From contig JANOGP010000413.1 in assembly GCA_031406075.1 (NCBI GenBank), positions 1 through 56,653 on the forward strand: a stretch of 56,653 nt of DNA. Direction: 5' to 3'. Every line of letters starts with the position of its first letter. The stretch's first letter is position 1. The position numbers were made by a program, and so were the translations under genes. Below are positions 28,511-37,955 of the stretch, in pieces. The DNA comes from Betaproteobacteria bacterium (GTDB taxonomy: Bacteria; Pseudomonadota; Gammaproteobacteria; Burkholderiales; JACQAP01). Under the pieces are notes generated by a model that ran no database searches, was not told where the DNA came from, and worked only from the letters and a program-made list of their open reading frames with translations.

Positions 28511-28559
28511 GGCGCGGAGGGGCCGCGGAAGAAATCTTTTCAGCGGTGTTCTCCGCGCC
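28511..28559 (+). promoter_or_regulatory. intercistronic stem-loop between urtA and urtB
   Basis: GGCGCGGAG (28511-19) pairs with CTCCGCGCC (28551-59); inner CCGC/GCGG pairing; no U-tract. May stabilise mRNA after the binding-protein gene. Confidence 0.3.
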
Positions 28560-28613
28560 GCGCCGTCCCGGGATGCATGGAATTGATCGGTTGAAACAAA
28601 GGCGGACTGTCAT

Positions 28614-29516
28614 ATGACTGCGGATATGCTCGCCATGCAGGCGTTCACCGGACTGAGCATCTTTACCATCCTGATGCTCATGGCGCTGGGGCTCGCCATT
28701 GTCTTCGGTCTGATGGGCGTCATCAACATGGCTCATGGCGAGTTGATGGCGATGGGGGCGTACGCCAGCTACGGAACCGCTTATTTTTTCCAGCATTTTC
28801 TGCCGCACTGGATGGACGCCTACATCTTTGTGGGCATCGCGCTCGCGTTCGTCGTCACCAGTATTTTCGGATATCTGCTGGAGCGCGGGCTTATCCGGTT
28901 TCTGTATCAGCGTCCGCTTGACACACTGCTGGCGACCTGGGGTGTCAGTCTTATTCTCCAACAATGCTATCGCCAATTCATCAATCCACGAGAGGTCGAA
29001 GTTCCTACCGTCTCCTGGCTTCGGGGCGCGTGGCAGGTGACTGAAGGTGTTTCGCTGCCGTTATCGCGGATTTTCATCATCTGCCTGGCAATCGTCACGG
29101 CCGTACTGGTTTACCTGCTTCTGTACCGTACGCGTGCGGGAATTCTGATTCGAGCAGTGACGCAGAACCGGTCCATGGCCGGTGCTGCCGGGATCAATAC
29201 CAAGCGCGTCGACGCCTACACATTTGCCCTGGGGTGCGGACTTGCGGGAATCGCGGGCAGTTCCTTTACCATGCTGGCCTCGACCGGGCCGACGACGGGT
29301 CAGCAGTACATCGTCGATACGTTCATTGTTGTCGTATTCGGTGGCGTGGAAAGTCTCATCGGAACCGTTGCCTCGGCGTTCATCATCGGTCAGATGCAGT
29401 CCTGGTTCGAATTCGGAATGAGCGGGTCAATGGCACGCGCGAGCATCCTGGTTCTGGTGATCGTGGTTCTGTATTTCCGGCCTAACGGTCTGTTCGCAAC
29501 GAAGGTGAGACGATAA
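28614..29516 (+). CDS. urtB: urea/amide ABC transporter permease (UrtB-like)
   Basis: 300 aa, multi-pass, branched-chain-type (LivH-like) permease. Position in the urtABCDE order. Confidence 0.85.
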   Translation: MTADMLAMQAFTGLSIFTILMLMALGLAIVFGLMGVINMAHGELMAMGAYASYGTAYFFQHFLPHWMDAYIFVGIALAFVVTSIFGYLLERGLIRFLYQRPLDTLLATWGVSLILQQCYRQFINPREVEVPTVSWLRGAWQVTEGVSLPLSRIFIICLAIVTAVLVYLLLYRTRAGILIRAVTQNRSMAGAAGINTKRVDAYTFALGCGLAGIAGSSFTMLASTGPTTGQQYIVDTFIVVVFGGVESLIGTVASAFIIGQMQSWFEFGMSGSMARASILVLVIVVLYFRPNGLFATKVRR

Positions 29517-30691
29517 TGGCCGATGGCGTCCCGCTCGAGCGCGCGGGCGAAGCTGCTGCCGCGGATCTGCACGACCGCGGCATATGGATAGGAAGAGCCG
29601 GACTGGCGATTCTTGCCGTGATTTTATTCGCAGTTCTGCCATTCGCGCTGGATGTTTTCCGTCTGGGATTGGCGGCAAAATATCTCAGCCTGGCTTTCTG
29701 TGCGGTAGGAATCGTTCTGATCTGGGGTTATGGCGGAATCCTGAGTCTCGGGCAGGGAGCGTTCTTCGGCCTGGGCAGTTACATGATGGCCATGTTCCTC
29801 AAACTGGAGTCGACCTCCTCAGGCAGCTCGGCACAGGCTTTGTCCTCCTTTTTCGGATCCAACCTCCCCGACTTCATGGTCTGGAACAGCGTCGAAACGC
29901 TGCCATGGTGGTGGGAACCGTTTCATTACGTCCGGTTCACCATTCCGGCCATCCTGCTGTTGCCGCCTTTGCTGGCGTTTGGTTTTGGCTACGCGATTTT
30001 TCGCAAACGGGTCGGCGGCGTGTACTTTTCAATCATCACGCTGTCGTTGTCCGCGATCATGTCCATCATGATCATCGGTCAGCAAGGCGTGACCGGCGGC
30101 GTCAACGGAATCAACGATTTCCGGACTTTCATGGGGATCGACCTGAATACGGACGACGCGAAGCGGGCGATGTATTTCATTACCTGTGGGCTACTGCTCA
30201 TGTGCGTGGTCGCGGGAAGTTTCATTCTGAAAAGCCGGTTGGGCAAGGTTCTGGTGGCGATTCGCGACCGGGAAGACCGCGTCCGGTTCTCGGGGTACGA
30301 CCCGGCACTCTTCAAGGCATTCATTTTTGCCGTTGCGGCATTTTTCTCCTCGCTTGGCGGCGCGATGTTTACGATTCAGGTCGGCCTGGCTTCGCCTTCG
30401 CTGGTGGGCATCGTGCCGTCGATCGAGATGGTGATCTATGCCGCCGTCGGCGGCCGGCTGTCCCTCATCGGTGCCGTGTATGGCGCGCTGCTCGTGGGCG
30501 CGGCCAAGACCTTGTTTTCCGAGAATTTTGTTGAATACTGGATGTATTTCATCGGCGGACTGTTCGTTTTCGTGGTGATGTTCCTGCCTCATGGGCTGGC
30601 AGGATTACTGGAGCGAATTCGCGGCTACCGGACTATCCTGCCCAAGCTGTCCAGGTTGCCTGACAGCCAACGCGGCGGGGCCGGCAAATGA
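29516..30691 (+). CDS. urtC: urea/amide ABC transporter permease (UrtC-like)
   Basis: 391 aa, LivM-like permease. TAATG overlap with urtB. Confidence 0.85.
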   Translation: MADGVPLERAGEAAAADLHDRGIWIGRAGLAILAVILFAVLPFALDVFRLGLAAKYLSLAFCAVGIVLIWGYGGILSLGQGAFFGLGSYMMAMFLKLESTSSGSSAQALSSFFGSNLPDFMVWNSVETLPWWWEPFHYVRFTIPAILLLPPLLAFGFGYAIFRKRVGGVYFSIITLSLSAIMSIMIIGQQGVTGGVNGINDFRTFMGIDLNTDDAKRAMYFITCGLLLMCVVAGSFILKSRLGKVLVAIRDREDRVRFSGYDPALFKAFIFAVAAFFSSLGGAMFTIQVGLASPSLVGIVPSIEMVIYAAVGGRLSLIGAVYGALLVGAAKTLFSENFVEYWMYFIGGLFVFVVMFLPHGLAGLLERIRGYRTILPKLSRLPDSQRGGAGK

Positions 30692-31425
30692 GCGAAATGA
30701 TCCTGTCGGTTGAGGATTTGAGCGTCTCGTTCGACGGATTCAAGGTCGTGGACAAGCTGGCGTTTTATGTCGAGAAAGACGAATTGAGATGTGTGATCGG
30801 CCCAAACGGTGCGGGCAAGACAACGCTGCTCGACATGATTTGCGGAAAGACCAAGCCATCCAACGGAAGAATCCGGTTCAAGAACTACGAGCTGACGCAA
30901 ATGATCGAGTATCAGATTACGCGCGCCGGCGTCGGCAGGAAATTTCAGAACCCATCCGTGTACGAAGATCTGACGGTATTCGAAAACCTGGAAATTTCTT
31001 ACCCCGAGAAGCGCGGCATTCTCGGCTCGCTGTTCTTCAAGCGCGACGAGGAACTGATTCGCAAGATCGATAAGGTTGCCAACCAGATTTTTCTTCACGA
31101 AGTGCTGCGCCATAAGGCCGCGCAGCTTAGCCACGGACAGAAACAGTGGTTGGAAATCGGGATGCTGCTGATGCAAGACCCCGAGCTTCTGCTGCTTGAC
31201 GAGCCGGTGGCGGGGATGAGCCCAAGGGAAAGGGAGCAAACGGCGGAGCTTCTGAATGGGATCTCGAAGGGAAGGTCCATCGTCGTGATCGAGCATGACA
31301 TGGCCTTCGTGCGCATGATCGCGCACAAGGTCACGGTTTTGCACCAGGGCCGTCTTCTCGCGGAAGGCAGCATGGACGAAGTGCAAGGCGACGAAAGGGT
31401 CAAGGAAGTTTACTTGGGCCACTGA
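30688..31425 (+). CDS. urtD: urea/amide ABC transporter ATP-binding protein (UrtD-like)
   Basis: Walker A GPNGAGKTT, signature LSHGQKQWLE, Walker B LLLLDEP. ATGA overlap with urtC. Confidence 0.9.
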   Translation: MSEMILSVEDLSVSFDGFKVVDKLAFYVEKDELRCVIGPNGAGKTTLLDMICGKTKPSNGRIRFKNYELTQMIEYQITRAGVGRKFQNPSVYEDLTVFENLEISYPEKRGILGSLFFKRDEELIRKIDKVANQIFLHEVLRHKAAQLSHGQKQWLEIGMLLMQDPELLLLDEPVAGMSPREREQTAELLNGISKGRSIVVIEHDMAFVRMIAHKVTVLHQGRLLAEGSMDEVQGDERVKEVYLGH

Positions 31426-31441
31426 TTGGAGAGGGGCAGAG

Positions 31442-32131
31442 GTGCTTAGCGTAACCGGGCTAAACGTATACTACGGAGAGAGCCACGTAGTCAGAGATGT
31501 ATCCTTCGAGCTGAAGGACGGAGAGACCGTCGCGATCATGGGCCGCAACGGGATGGGCAAGACCACATTGCTCAAGTCCCTGATCGGGATCCTTCGGCCC
31601 CGCGGCGGGAAGATCGTCCTGAACAACCGGGACATTACCAACGCCGAGAGTTTCGACCGGGTGGCTGCCGGAATGGGCTATGTTCCGCAAGGGCGCATGA
31701 TATTTCCCTACCTTACGGTGGAGGAAAACATCCTGGCGGGAATGGAAACTTCTGTGAGCAAGGAAATCCCGGAATACGTATATTCCGTGTTTCCCGTTTT
31801 GCAGGAAATGCGCATGCGGCGCGCCGGAAATCTTTCAGGAGGACAGCAACAGCAACTCGCGATTGCGCGTGCACTTGTAAGCAATCCCAGGGTACTGGTT
31901 CTGGACGAGCCGACCGAAGGCATTCAGCCATCCATCATCAAGGAAATTGCGAGGGCGCTAAACAAGCTTAAAGCGGACCGCAAGTTCGCGTTGCTGGTGT
32001 CCGAACAGGTGCTGAGTTTCGCGAAGGAGATCGCGGACCGGTTCCTGATCATCGAGAGCGGGCGGTTCGTATACGAGGGATTCAAGGACAACCTGGATAC
32101 AAAAAGCATTCACGCGTATTTGACGATTTGA
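31442..32131 (+). CDS. urtE: urea/amide ABC transporter ATP-binding protein (UrtE-like)
   Basis: Walker A GRNGMGKTT, signature LSGGQQQQLA, Walker B VLVLDEP. GTG start. Confidence 0.9.
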   Translation: MLSVTGLNVYYGESHVVRDVSFELKDGETVAIMGRNGMGKTTLLKSLIGILRPRGGKIVLNNRDITNAESFDRVAAGMGYVPQGRMIFPYLTVEENILAGMETSVSKEIPEYVYSVFPVLQEMRMRRAGNLSGGQQQQLAIARALVSNPRVLVLDEPTEGIQPSIIKEIARALNKLKADRKFALLVSEQVLSFAKEIADRFLIIESGRFVYEGFKDNLDTKSIHAYLTI

Positions 32132-32140
32132 AGACATTTG

Positions 32141-32168
32141 GACCGATCTGCGATAGCACGGTCTTTTT
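32141..32168 (+). terminator. weak hairpin plus T5 after urtE (possible attenuator before amiE)
   Basis: GACCG/CGGTC outer stem, TGC/GCA inner stem with GATA loop, then TTTTT. Confidence 0.3.
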
Positions 32169-32262
32169 CGCATCCGGCATTGCTTGTCTGTATGCCGACG
32201 GCGACCAAAGGGCAGCTCAATGGCGAGCGTGTGATTAACGAGCGATGTAAAGGAGAAGCAAA

Positions 32263-33303
32263 ATGCTACACGGAGACATTTCGAGCAGTAAAGACACCGT
32301 AGGGGTCGCCGTTGTCAATTACAAGATGCCGCGCCTCCATACGAAAAAGGAAGTGCTGGAAAACGCCAGGAAAATCGGGGAAATGCTCAAGGGCATGAAA
32401 GTCGGCCTGCCCGGCATGGACCTGGTGATTTTTCCGGAGTACAGCACCCACGGGATCATGTACGACAGCAAGGAGATGTACGACACCGCTTCGAGCTGTC
32501 CGGGTGAGGAAACCGAGATCTTCTCTGCCGCCTGCCGCGCAGCCAAGGTATGGGGCGTATTCTCGCTGACCGGGGAGAGGCATGAGGAGCACCCGAACAA
32601 GGCGCCGTACAACACGCTTATCCTGATGAACGACAAGGGCGAGGTCGTGCAGAAGTATCGCAAGATCATGCCCTGGGTGCCGATCGAAGGCTGGTATCCC
32701 GGCAACTGCACTTACATGACGGAAGGCCCGAAAGGCCTGAAGGTGTCGCTGATCATCTGCGATGACGGCAACTATCCGGAAATCTGGCGCGACTGCGCGA
32801 TGAAAGGTGCTGAGCTGATCGTGCGCTGCCAGGGGTACATGTATCCGGCCAAGGAGCAGCAAATCATCATGGCCAAGGCCATGGCCTGGGCCAACAACGT
32901 CTATGTCGCGGTCGCGAATGCGGCTGGCTTTGACGGCGTTTACTCTTACTTCGGCCATTCGGCGATCATCGGCTTCGACGGACGTACCCTGGGAGAGTGC
33001 GGCGAGGAGGATTACGGCATCCAGTACGCTGCCCTGTCCAAAAGCCTTATCCGCGACGCACGCAAGAACATGCAGTCCGAGAATCACCTGTTCAAGCTGT
33101 TGCACCGCGGATATACCGGCCTGATCAATTCGCGCGAAGGCGATAAGGGCGTGGCGGCCTGTCCGTACGACTTCTACAAGAAGTGGATCACCGATCCGGA
33201 CGCCACCCGCGAGATGGTCGAAGCGATCACCCGCACCACCGTCGGCACGGACGAGGCGCCGATCCCGGGTATTCCCAACAAGAAAGAGCCGGCGCACCGC
33301 TGA
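32263..33303 (+). CDS. amiE: aliphatic amidase (nitrilase superfamily)
   Basis: 346 aa, near-colinear with my recollection of P. aeruginosa AmiE ([24 protein letters not shown]...). Glu/Lys/Cys triad contexts are FPEYS, YRKIMPW and [14 protein letters not shown] is AAGGAGAAG. Confidence 0.9.
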   Translation: MLHGDISSSKDTVGVAVVNYKMPRLHTKKEVLENARKIGEMLKGMKVGLPGMDLVIFPEYSTHGIMYDSKEMYDTASSCPGEETEIFSAACRAAKVWGVFSLTGERHEEHPNKAPYNTLILMNDKGEVVQKYRKIMPWVPIEGWYPGNCTYMTEGPKGLKVSLIICDDGNYPEIWRDCAMKGAELIVRCQGYMYPAKEQQIIMAKAMAWANNVYVAVANAAGFDGVYSYFGHSAIIGFDGRTLGECGEEDYGIQYAALSKSLIRDARKNMQSENHLFKLLHRGYTGLINSREGDKGVAACPYDFYKKWITDPDATREMVEAITRTTVGTDEAPIPGIPNKKEPAHR

Positions 33304-33367
33304 CCGGATGCCGCACCGGCAGGGGCCGTGCTTTGCGCACGACCGCTGCCGGACGGCTATTTTTCGA

Positions 33368-33823
33368 ATGGCAATGCTGAAACTCGAATGCATCGTCGGC
33401 GCGGCGACCGAGCCTTCCATTGCCGGCAGGCTGCACGAGCTGGGCCATCACGGGCGGGTTGAATATCTGACTCTGTCTCAGGAGGACACGCACCGGCATC
33501 GTCTGCGTGCCGACACCGATGCCGGTACCGAGTGCGCGGTGATCCTCGATCGCGCGGAGCATTTGTACAACGGCGCGGTGCTGATGCTCACCGATGAGCG
33601 CGCAGTGGTGGTTCGCATGCGCGAGACCGAGTGGCTGACCCTCGCCCCGCGCGATACCTCTGCCGCGCTTGAGCTGGGATACTTCTCCGGCAATATGCAC
33701 TGGGCGGTGCAATTCGACGGCGCGCGGCTGCGCATTGCGCTGCAAGGCCCGGCACAACGCTACCTCGAGCGACTCGAGCCCTTCCTGGCGGACGGCCGCG
33801 TAAGGCAGATCGGCGATGCCTGA
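33368..33823 (+). CDS. ureE: UreE-like urease accessory protein without a His-rich tail
   Basis: 151 aa with an LGYFSGNMHWAVQF block at the position of the UreE LGNRH.P Ni-site motif. C-terminus ...ADGRVRQIGDA lacks poly-His. Overlaps ureF by 8 nt. Alternative start at 33374. Confidence 0.65.
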   Translation: MAMLKLECIVGAATEPSIAGRLHELGHHGRVEYLTLSQEDTHRHRLRADTDAGTECAVILDRAEHLYNGAVLMLTDERAVVVRMRETEWLTLAPRDTSAALELGYFSGNMHWAVQFDGARLRIALQGPAQRYLERLEPFLADGRVRQIGDA

Positions 33824-34496
33824 GCTGCAAAGCCTTTTGAGCGCGCTCCAGCACGCCGACAGTTTCTTCCCGAGCGGAGGCGTCGCGTTTTCTTCCGGAC
33901 TCGAGACCCTGCACGCCGACCGCGAAGTGACTTCCGTGGAGCAACTTTCAGTCTTTGTCGAGGGGCAGCTGAAGCACCGATGGGCCACTTGCGACGCCTG
34001 CGCGCTGATATCGGCTTTCCGCGCCAGCGGCAGTCTCGACCGGATTGCCGCGGTTGACGCGATCGTCGAGGCAATGAGCCTTGCAACGGAACTGCGCGAA
34101 GGCTCGAAACGTGCCGGTGCGTCGTTGTTGACGGTGCACGCCAGGCTCGGCACGACGGGCGCGGCCGATTACCGCGCGCTTATTTCGGCGCGCAAAGCGT
34201 TCGGCCATCTGCCGGTGGCGCAGGGTCTGTTGTGGAGCGCCGTCGGCATGACGGAAGACGCCTGCCGTGCGGTCTCGGCACACACGCTTTGCACCGGACT
34301 GATCGGGGCGGCACTGCGGCTGGGAATGATTGGGCACCTCGACGCGCAAAAAGTGCTGCTGGGCGTCCGGCCGATGCTGAGTGAGCTGCTGCGCCTGCCC
34401 GTGATGGATATTGATGAAATATGTGCCTACATGCCCGCCACTGAAATCGCGGCCATGCGTCACGAGGTGCAGGACTCGCGCTCGTTCGCCAACTAA
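33816..34496 (+). CDS. ureF: urease accessory protein UreF
   Basis: 226 aa with the characteristic N-terminus LLSALQHADSFFPSGGVAFSSGLETL. Confidence 0.85.
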   Translation: MPELQSLLSALQHADSFFPSGGVAFSSGLETLHADREVTSVEQLSVFVEGQLKHRWATCDACALISAFRASGSLDRIAAVDAIVEAMSLATELREGSKRAGASLLTVHARLGTTGAADYRALISARKAFGHLPVAQGLLWSAVGMTEDACRAVSAHTLCTGLIGAALRLGMIGHLDAQKVLLGVRPMLSELLRLPVMDIDEICAYMPATEIAAMRHEVQDSRSFAN

Positions 34497-34502
34497 GACA
34501 TT

Positions 34503-34634
34503 GGCCACAGAGGCCACAGAGGGCACAGAGAACTTCAGGTCTACAGTGCGGAATTCAGGGAAGAATTGTACGACGCCTTTCATGCTTCAATTTTGGTATC
34601 GGCTTTCCTCTGTGATCTCCGTGCCCTCCGTGGC
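34503..34634. repeat. palindromic element, 9-nt-unit family (copy A1)
   Basis: Left arm GCCACAGAG|GCCACAGAG|GGCACAGAG. The right arm is its imperfect complement (CTCTGTGAT|CTCCGTGCC|CTCCGTGGC). ~70-bp centre. Fills the ureF-ureAB spacer. Confidence 0.8.
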
Positions 34635-34646
34635 AAAGGAAAACCC

Positions 34647-35345
34647 ATGTTGTTAACGCCAACAGAGTTGGAACGACTGACGATCTACACGGCCGCGGAA
34701 CTGGCGCGCAAGCGTCGCGCCAAGGGCCTGAAACTCAACCATCCCGAGGCCACGGCGATTATCGCCGACGAGATCATGGAAGGCGCGCGTGAGGGGAAAT
34801 CAGTCGTCGAGCTGATCGGCTACGGTTCGACCATCCTCACCACCGACGATGTCATGCCCGGGGTGGCGGAGCTCATGCCGGTTTTGCAGGTGGAAGGCAC
34901 TTTCCCCGACGGCACCAAGCTGGTGACGGTGCATGACCCGATCAGACCCGGCAAGCAGAAGGCCGACACGAAGGCCGTGACCCCGGGAGAGATCCTCACC
35001 CCGGACGAGGATATAGAACTCAATGCCGGCCGCAGGAAAGTGAAGGTCAAGGCGGTGAACACCGGCGACCGGCCGATCCAGATCGGCAGCCACTATCATT
35101 TCTTCGAAGCCAACAAGGCGCTCGATTTCGACCGGGGCGCGTCCTTCGGCATGCACCTCGACATTCCCGCGGGCACCGCGGTGCGTTTCGAGCCGGGTGA
35201 AGTCAAGGAGGTGACGCTGACCGAATTCGGCGGCACCGGTGAAATATTCGGATTGAACAGCTTGACCAACGGCACGACGCGCAGCGATAGCCGCAAAGCG
35301 GAGGCGCTGGCGAAGGCGAAGGCGAAAGGTTTCAAGGGGGCATAA
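34647..35345 (+). CDS. ureAB: fused urease gamma-beta subunit
   Basis: 232 aa from ATG 34647. The gamma domain ([34 protein letters not shown]...[14 protein letters not shown]) is joined by a ~17-aa linker to the beta domain (TPGE...IELNAGR...[17 protein letters not shown]...GTAVRFEPG). Confidence 0.9.
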   Translation: MLLTPTELERLTIYTAAELARKRRAKGLKLNHPEATAIIADEIMEGAREGKSVVELIGYGSTILTTDDVMPGVAELMPVLQVEGTFPDGTKLVTVHDPIRPGKQKADTKAVTPGEILTPDEDIELNAGRRKVKVKAVNTGDRPIQIGSHYHFFEANKALDFDRGASFGMHLDIPAGTAVRFEPGEVKEVTLTEFGGTGEIFGLNSLTNGTTRSDSRKAEALAKAKAKGFKGA

Positions 35346-35350
35346 GAACA

Positions 35351-35457
35351 GGTACGGGGGCCGAGGTTCGAGGATTGAGGAATAAGGATCGAGGACTGAG
35401 GACTGAGGATTGAGGATTGAGTTCCGGTTTCCTCTCACCCCTCGTCCCTCGCCCCTC
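35351..35457. repeat. heptamer-array element (copy B1)
   Basis: About eight tandem GAGGNNN units (GAGGTTC GAGGATT ... GAGGACT GAGGACT GAGGATT GAGGATT). A C-rich complementary array follows: CCTCTCA CCCCTCG TCCCTCG CCCCTC. It ends 4 nt before the ureC2 RBS. Confidence 0.8.
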
Positions 35458-35470
35458 TTAAGGAGCATCC

Positions 35471-37183
35471 ATGGCACGAATGACCAGAAAAGAATACGCC
35501 GCAATGTACGGTCCGACGAAAGGCGACGCCGTCCGTCTTGGCGACTCCTCGCTGTTGGCGGAAATCGAGCACGACTATGCGATTCCGGGCGACGAGTGCC
35601 TGCACGGGGGCGGGAAGACCCTTCGCGACGGCATGGGGCTGAAGTCCGGCTTTGACAGCGCAGAGGGTGCGCTCGACATGCTGCTCTGCAACGCCACCGT
35701 AATCGATCCGGTGCTTGGCATTGTCAAGGGCGACATCGGCGTAAAGGACGGGAAGATCGTTGCCATCGGCAAGGCGGGCAATCCGGAAGTGATGGACGGT
35801 GTGCACCCCCGACTGGTCTGCGGTGTCGCCACCACGGTGCGCGACGCCGAAGGCCTGATCGCCACGCCCGGCGGCATCGACGTGCACGTTCACTTCGATT
35901 CGGCGCAGCTGTGCGAACACGCGATCTCTTCCGGTCTGACCACCATGATCGGCGGCTCGCTCGGGCCGATTACGGTAGGCATCGACTGCGGCGGAGAGTG
36001 GAACGTCGGCAAGATGCTGCAGGCTTCCGAGTCCTGGCCGATCAACTTCGGTTTCCTCGGTCGCGGCAACTCCTCGAAACCGGAGTCGCTGGTCGGCCAG
36101 CTGCGCGGCGGTTGCCTCGGACTGAAGATCCACGAGGACTGGGGCGCGATGCCAGCGGTGATCGACACCTGCCTGACGGTTGCCGACGAGCACGATTTCC
36201 AGGTGCAGCTGCACACCGACACCCTGAACGAATCCGGCTTCCTCGAGGATACGCTCGCCGCCATCAAGGGCCGCACCATCCACATGTACCACACCGAGGG
36301 AGCGGGCGGCGGGCACGCGCCGGACATTATTGCCGTCGCCGGGCAGATCAACTGCCTGCCGTCCTCGACCAATCCGACCAACCCGTACACCGTCAACACC
36401 TTCGACGAACATCTCGACATGATCATGGTGTGCCACCACCTCAACCCGGCGGTGCCGGAAGATGTGGCCTTCGCGGAGTCGCGCATCCGCGCGCAGACCA
36501 TCGCCGCCGAGGACGTGCTGCACGACATTGGCGCCATCTCGATGCTCGGCTCCGACAGCCAGGGCATGGGGCGGATCAACGAAGTCATCGCCCGCACCTG
36601 GCAGCTCGCCTCGAAAATGAAAGACCAGCGCGGCCGCCTGCAGGAGGAGAAAACCAGGCTTGGCGACAACGAGCGTATCAAGCGCTACATCGCCAAGTAC
36701 ACCATCAACGCGGCCCGCACCTTCGGCATCGACCGCTACATCGGCTCGCTGGAGGACGACAAGATCGCCGACATCGTGCTCTGGCGCCCCGGGTTCTTCG
36801 GAATCAAACCGGAACTGGTGGTGAAAGGCGGCTTTATCGTCTGGGGCGCGATGGGCGATTCCGCGGCCTCGCTGATGACCTGCGAACCGCTGCTCATGCG
36901 TCCGCAATGGGGCGCCTTTGGCGAAGCCAAGAAAGCGCTGTCGGTGAACTTCGTCAATCAGTTGGCAATCGATGCTGGTACCCAGAGCAAGCTCGGAATG
37001 ACCAAGCGGCTTCTCCCGGCGAAAGGCACGCGCAAGCTCAACAAGACCCACATGCTGCACAACGACGCCTGTCCGAACATCACGGTCAACGCCCAGACCT
37101 TCGACGTGATGATCGACGGCAAGGTGATTACGTGCGAGCCGGCGAAGACGGTTCCGCTAAGTCAGCGCTACATGCTTCGCTGA
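35471..37183 (+). CDS. ureC2: divergent urease alpha-subunit paralog
   Basis: 570 aa. It keeps [38 protein letters not shown] and SDSQGMGR. It has [25 protein letters not shown] and [18 protein letters not shown] where canonical ureases (including UreC1 here) have [27 protein letters not shown] and [17 protein letters not shown]. Confidence 0.9.
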   Translation: MARMTRKEYAAMYGPTKGDAVRLGDSSLLAEIEHDYAIPGDECLHGGGKTLRDGMGLKSGFDSAEGALDMLLCNATVIDPVLGIVKGDIGVKDGKIVAIGKAGNPEVMDGVHPRLVCGVATTVRDAEGLIATPGGIDVHVHFDSAQLCEHAISSGLTTMIGGSLGPITVGIDCGGEWNVGKMLQASESWPINFGFLGRGNSSKPESLVGQLRGGCLGLKIHEDWGAMPAVIDTCLTVADEHDFQVQLHTDTLNESGFLEDTLAAIKGRTIHMYHTEGAGGGHAPDIIAVAGQINCLPSSTNPTNPYTVNTFDEHLDMIMVCHHLNPAVPEDVAFAESRIRAQTIAAEDVLHDIGAISMLGSDSQGMGRINEVIARTWQLASKMKDQRGRLQEEKTRLGDNERIKRYIAKYTINAARTFGIDRYIGSLEDDKIADIVLWRPGFFGIKPELVVKGGFIVWGAMGDSAASLMTCEPLLMRPQWGAFGEAKKALSVNFVNQLAIDAGTQSKLGMTKRLLPAKGTRKLNKTHMLHNDACPNITVNAQTFDVMIDGKVITCEPAKTVPLSQRYMLR

Positions 37184-37260
37184 GGGGCGAGGGGCGAGGG
37201 GTGAGGGGGTAAAGCAATTCCTGCAATTCCCTCTCCCCTCGTTCCGCGCCCCTCTTCCCT
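37182..37260. repeat. heptamer-array element (copy B2) with G-quadruplex motif
   Basis: GAGGGGC GAGGGGC GAGGGGT GAGGGGG begins inside the ureC2 stop codon. It reads as G4-N3-G4-N3-G4-N3-G5 (37184-37209). The C-rich partner CCCTCTCCCCTCG...CCCCTCTTCCCT lies at 37228-37260. Confidence 0.8.
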
Positions 37261-37295
37261 GCCGCGCGACCGATCGTACATACAGGAGGAAAGCG

Positions 37296-37955
37296 ATGAA
37301 CACTGTTACTCCCGAATTCGAAGGCAAGGCGGTCGCTGAGCGGCATCCCGGCGCCGCCCGCGTCGGCATTGGCGGTCCGGTCGGTTCGGGGAAGACGCGG
37401 TTGCTGGAACAACTGATCCCGCGATTCACCAGCCGCGGCACCAACATCGCGGTGATCACGAACGATCTGGCGACCAAGGAGGATGCGGAGCGCGTCCGCC
37501 GCAGCGGCTTGATCGATCCCGCTCGCGTGCTCGCAGTGGAGACCGGAGCCTGCCCGCACACCGCGATCCGCGAAGACCCGACCCTCAACATCCAGGCGGC
37601 CGACGCTCTCGACGAGAAGTATGGCAACCTCGACCTTATCCTGATCGAATCGGGCGGCGACAACCTTGCCTCGACGTTTTCGCTCGACCTGGTGGACTAC
37701 TGGATTTTCGTGATCGACGTGGCCGGCGGCGACGACATACCTCGCAAGCGCGGCCTGGGCGTCTTGCAGTGCGATCTGCTGGTGATCAACAAAACCGATC
37801 TTGCGCCGTATGTTGGGGTCAATCTGGAACGCATGGTGCGCGAGGCGAACGAAGTGCGCGGTGGCAAACCGGTCCTGCTCACCAACTGTGCGAAGGGCGA
37901 AGGCGTGGACGCAGTGGTCGATGCCATCGCCAACCAGGTGCTGTTCGACAAATGA
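37296..37955 (+). CDS. ureG: urease accessory GTPase UreG
   Basis: P-loop [29 protein letters not shown] and NKTDLAP. Confidence 0.95.
   Translation: MNTVTPEFEGKAVAERHPGAARVGIGGPVGSGKTRLLEQLIPRFTSRGTNIAVITNDLATKEDAERVRRSGLIDPARVLAVETGACPHTAIREDPTLNIQAADALDEKYGNLDLILIESGGDNLASTFSLDLVDYWIFVIDVAGGDDIPRKRGLGVLQCDLLVINKTDLAPYVGVNLERMVREANEVRGGKPVLLTNCAKGEGVDAVVDAIANQVLFDK

Noticed and set aside
24844-33303. Impression that the amiR-amiC-urt-amiE block has lower GC than its surroundings (possible horizontally acquired module).
   Set aside because: Hand counts of single 60-nt lines gave 52-62% inside the block and 58-68% outside. The ranges overlap and the samples are tiny. A sliding-window GC and codon-usage analysis is needed before claiming anything.
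33316-33364. Hairpin CCGGCAG...CTGCCGG followed by TTTTT between amiE and ureE, considered as a terminator.
   Set aside because: The T-run starts 7 nt after the stem and the loop is 23 nt. This is too irregular to call. At most it is mentioned as a possible attenuator.
34503-37260. Possibility that the short periodic arrays are CRISPR arrays.
   Set aside because: The units are 7-9 nt and contiguous, with no spacers. The arrays face complementary arrays to form palindromes, and no cas genes are present.
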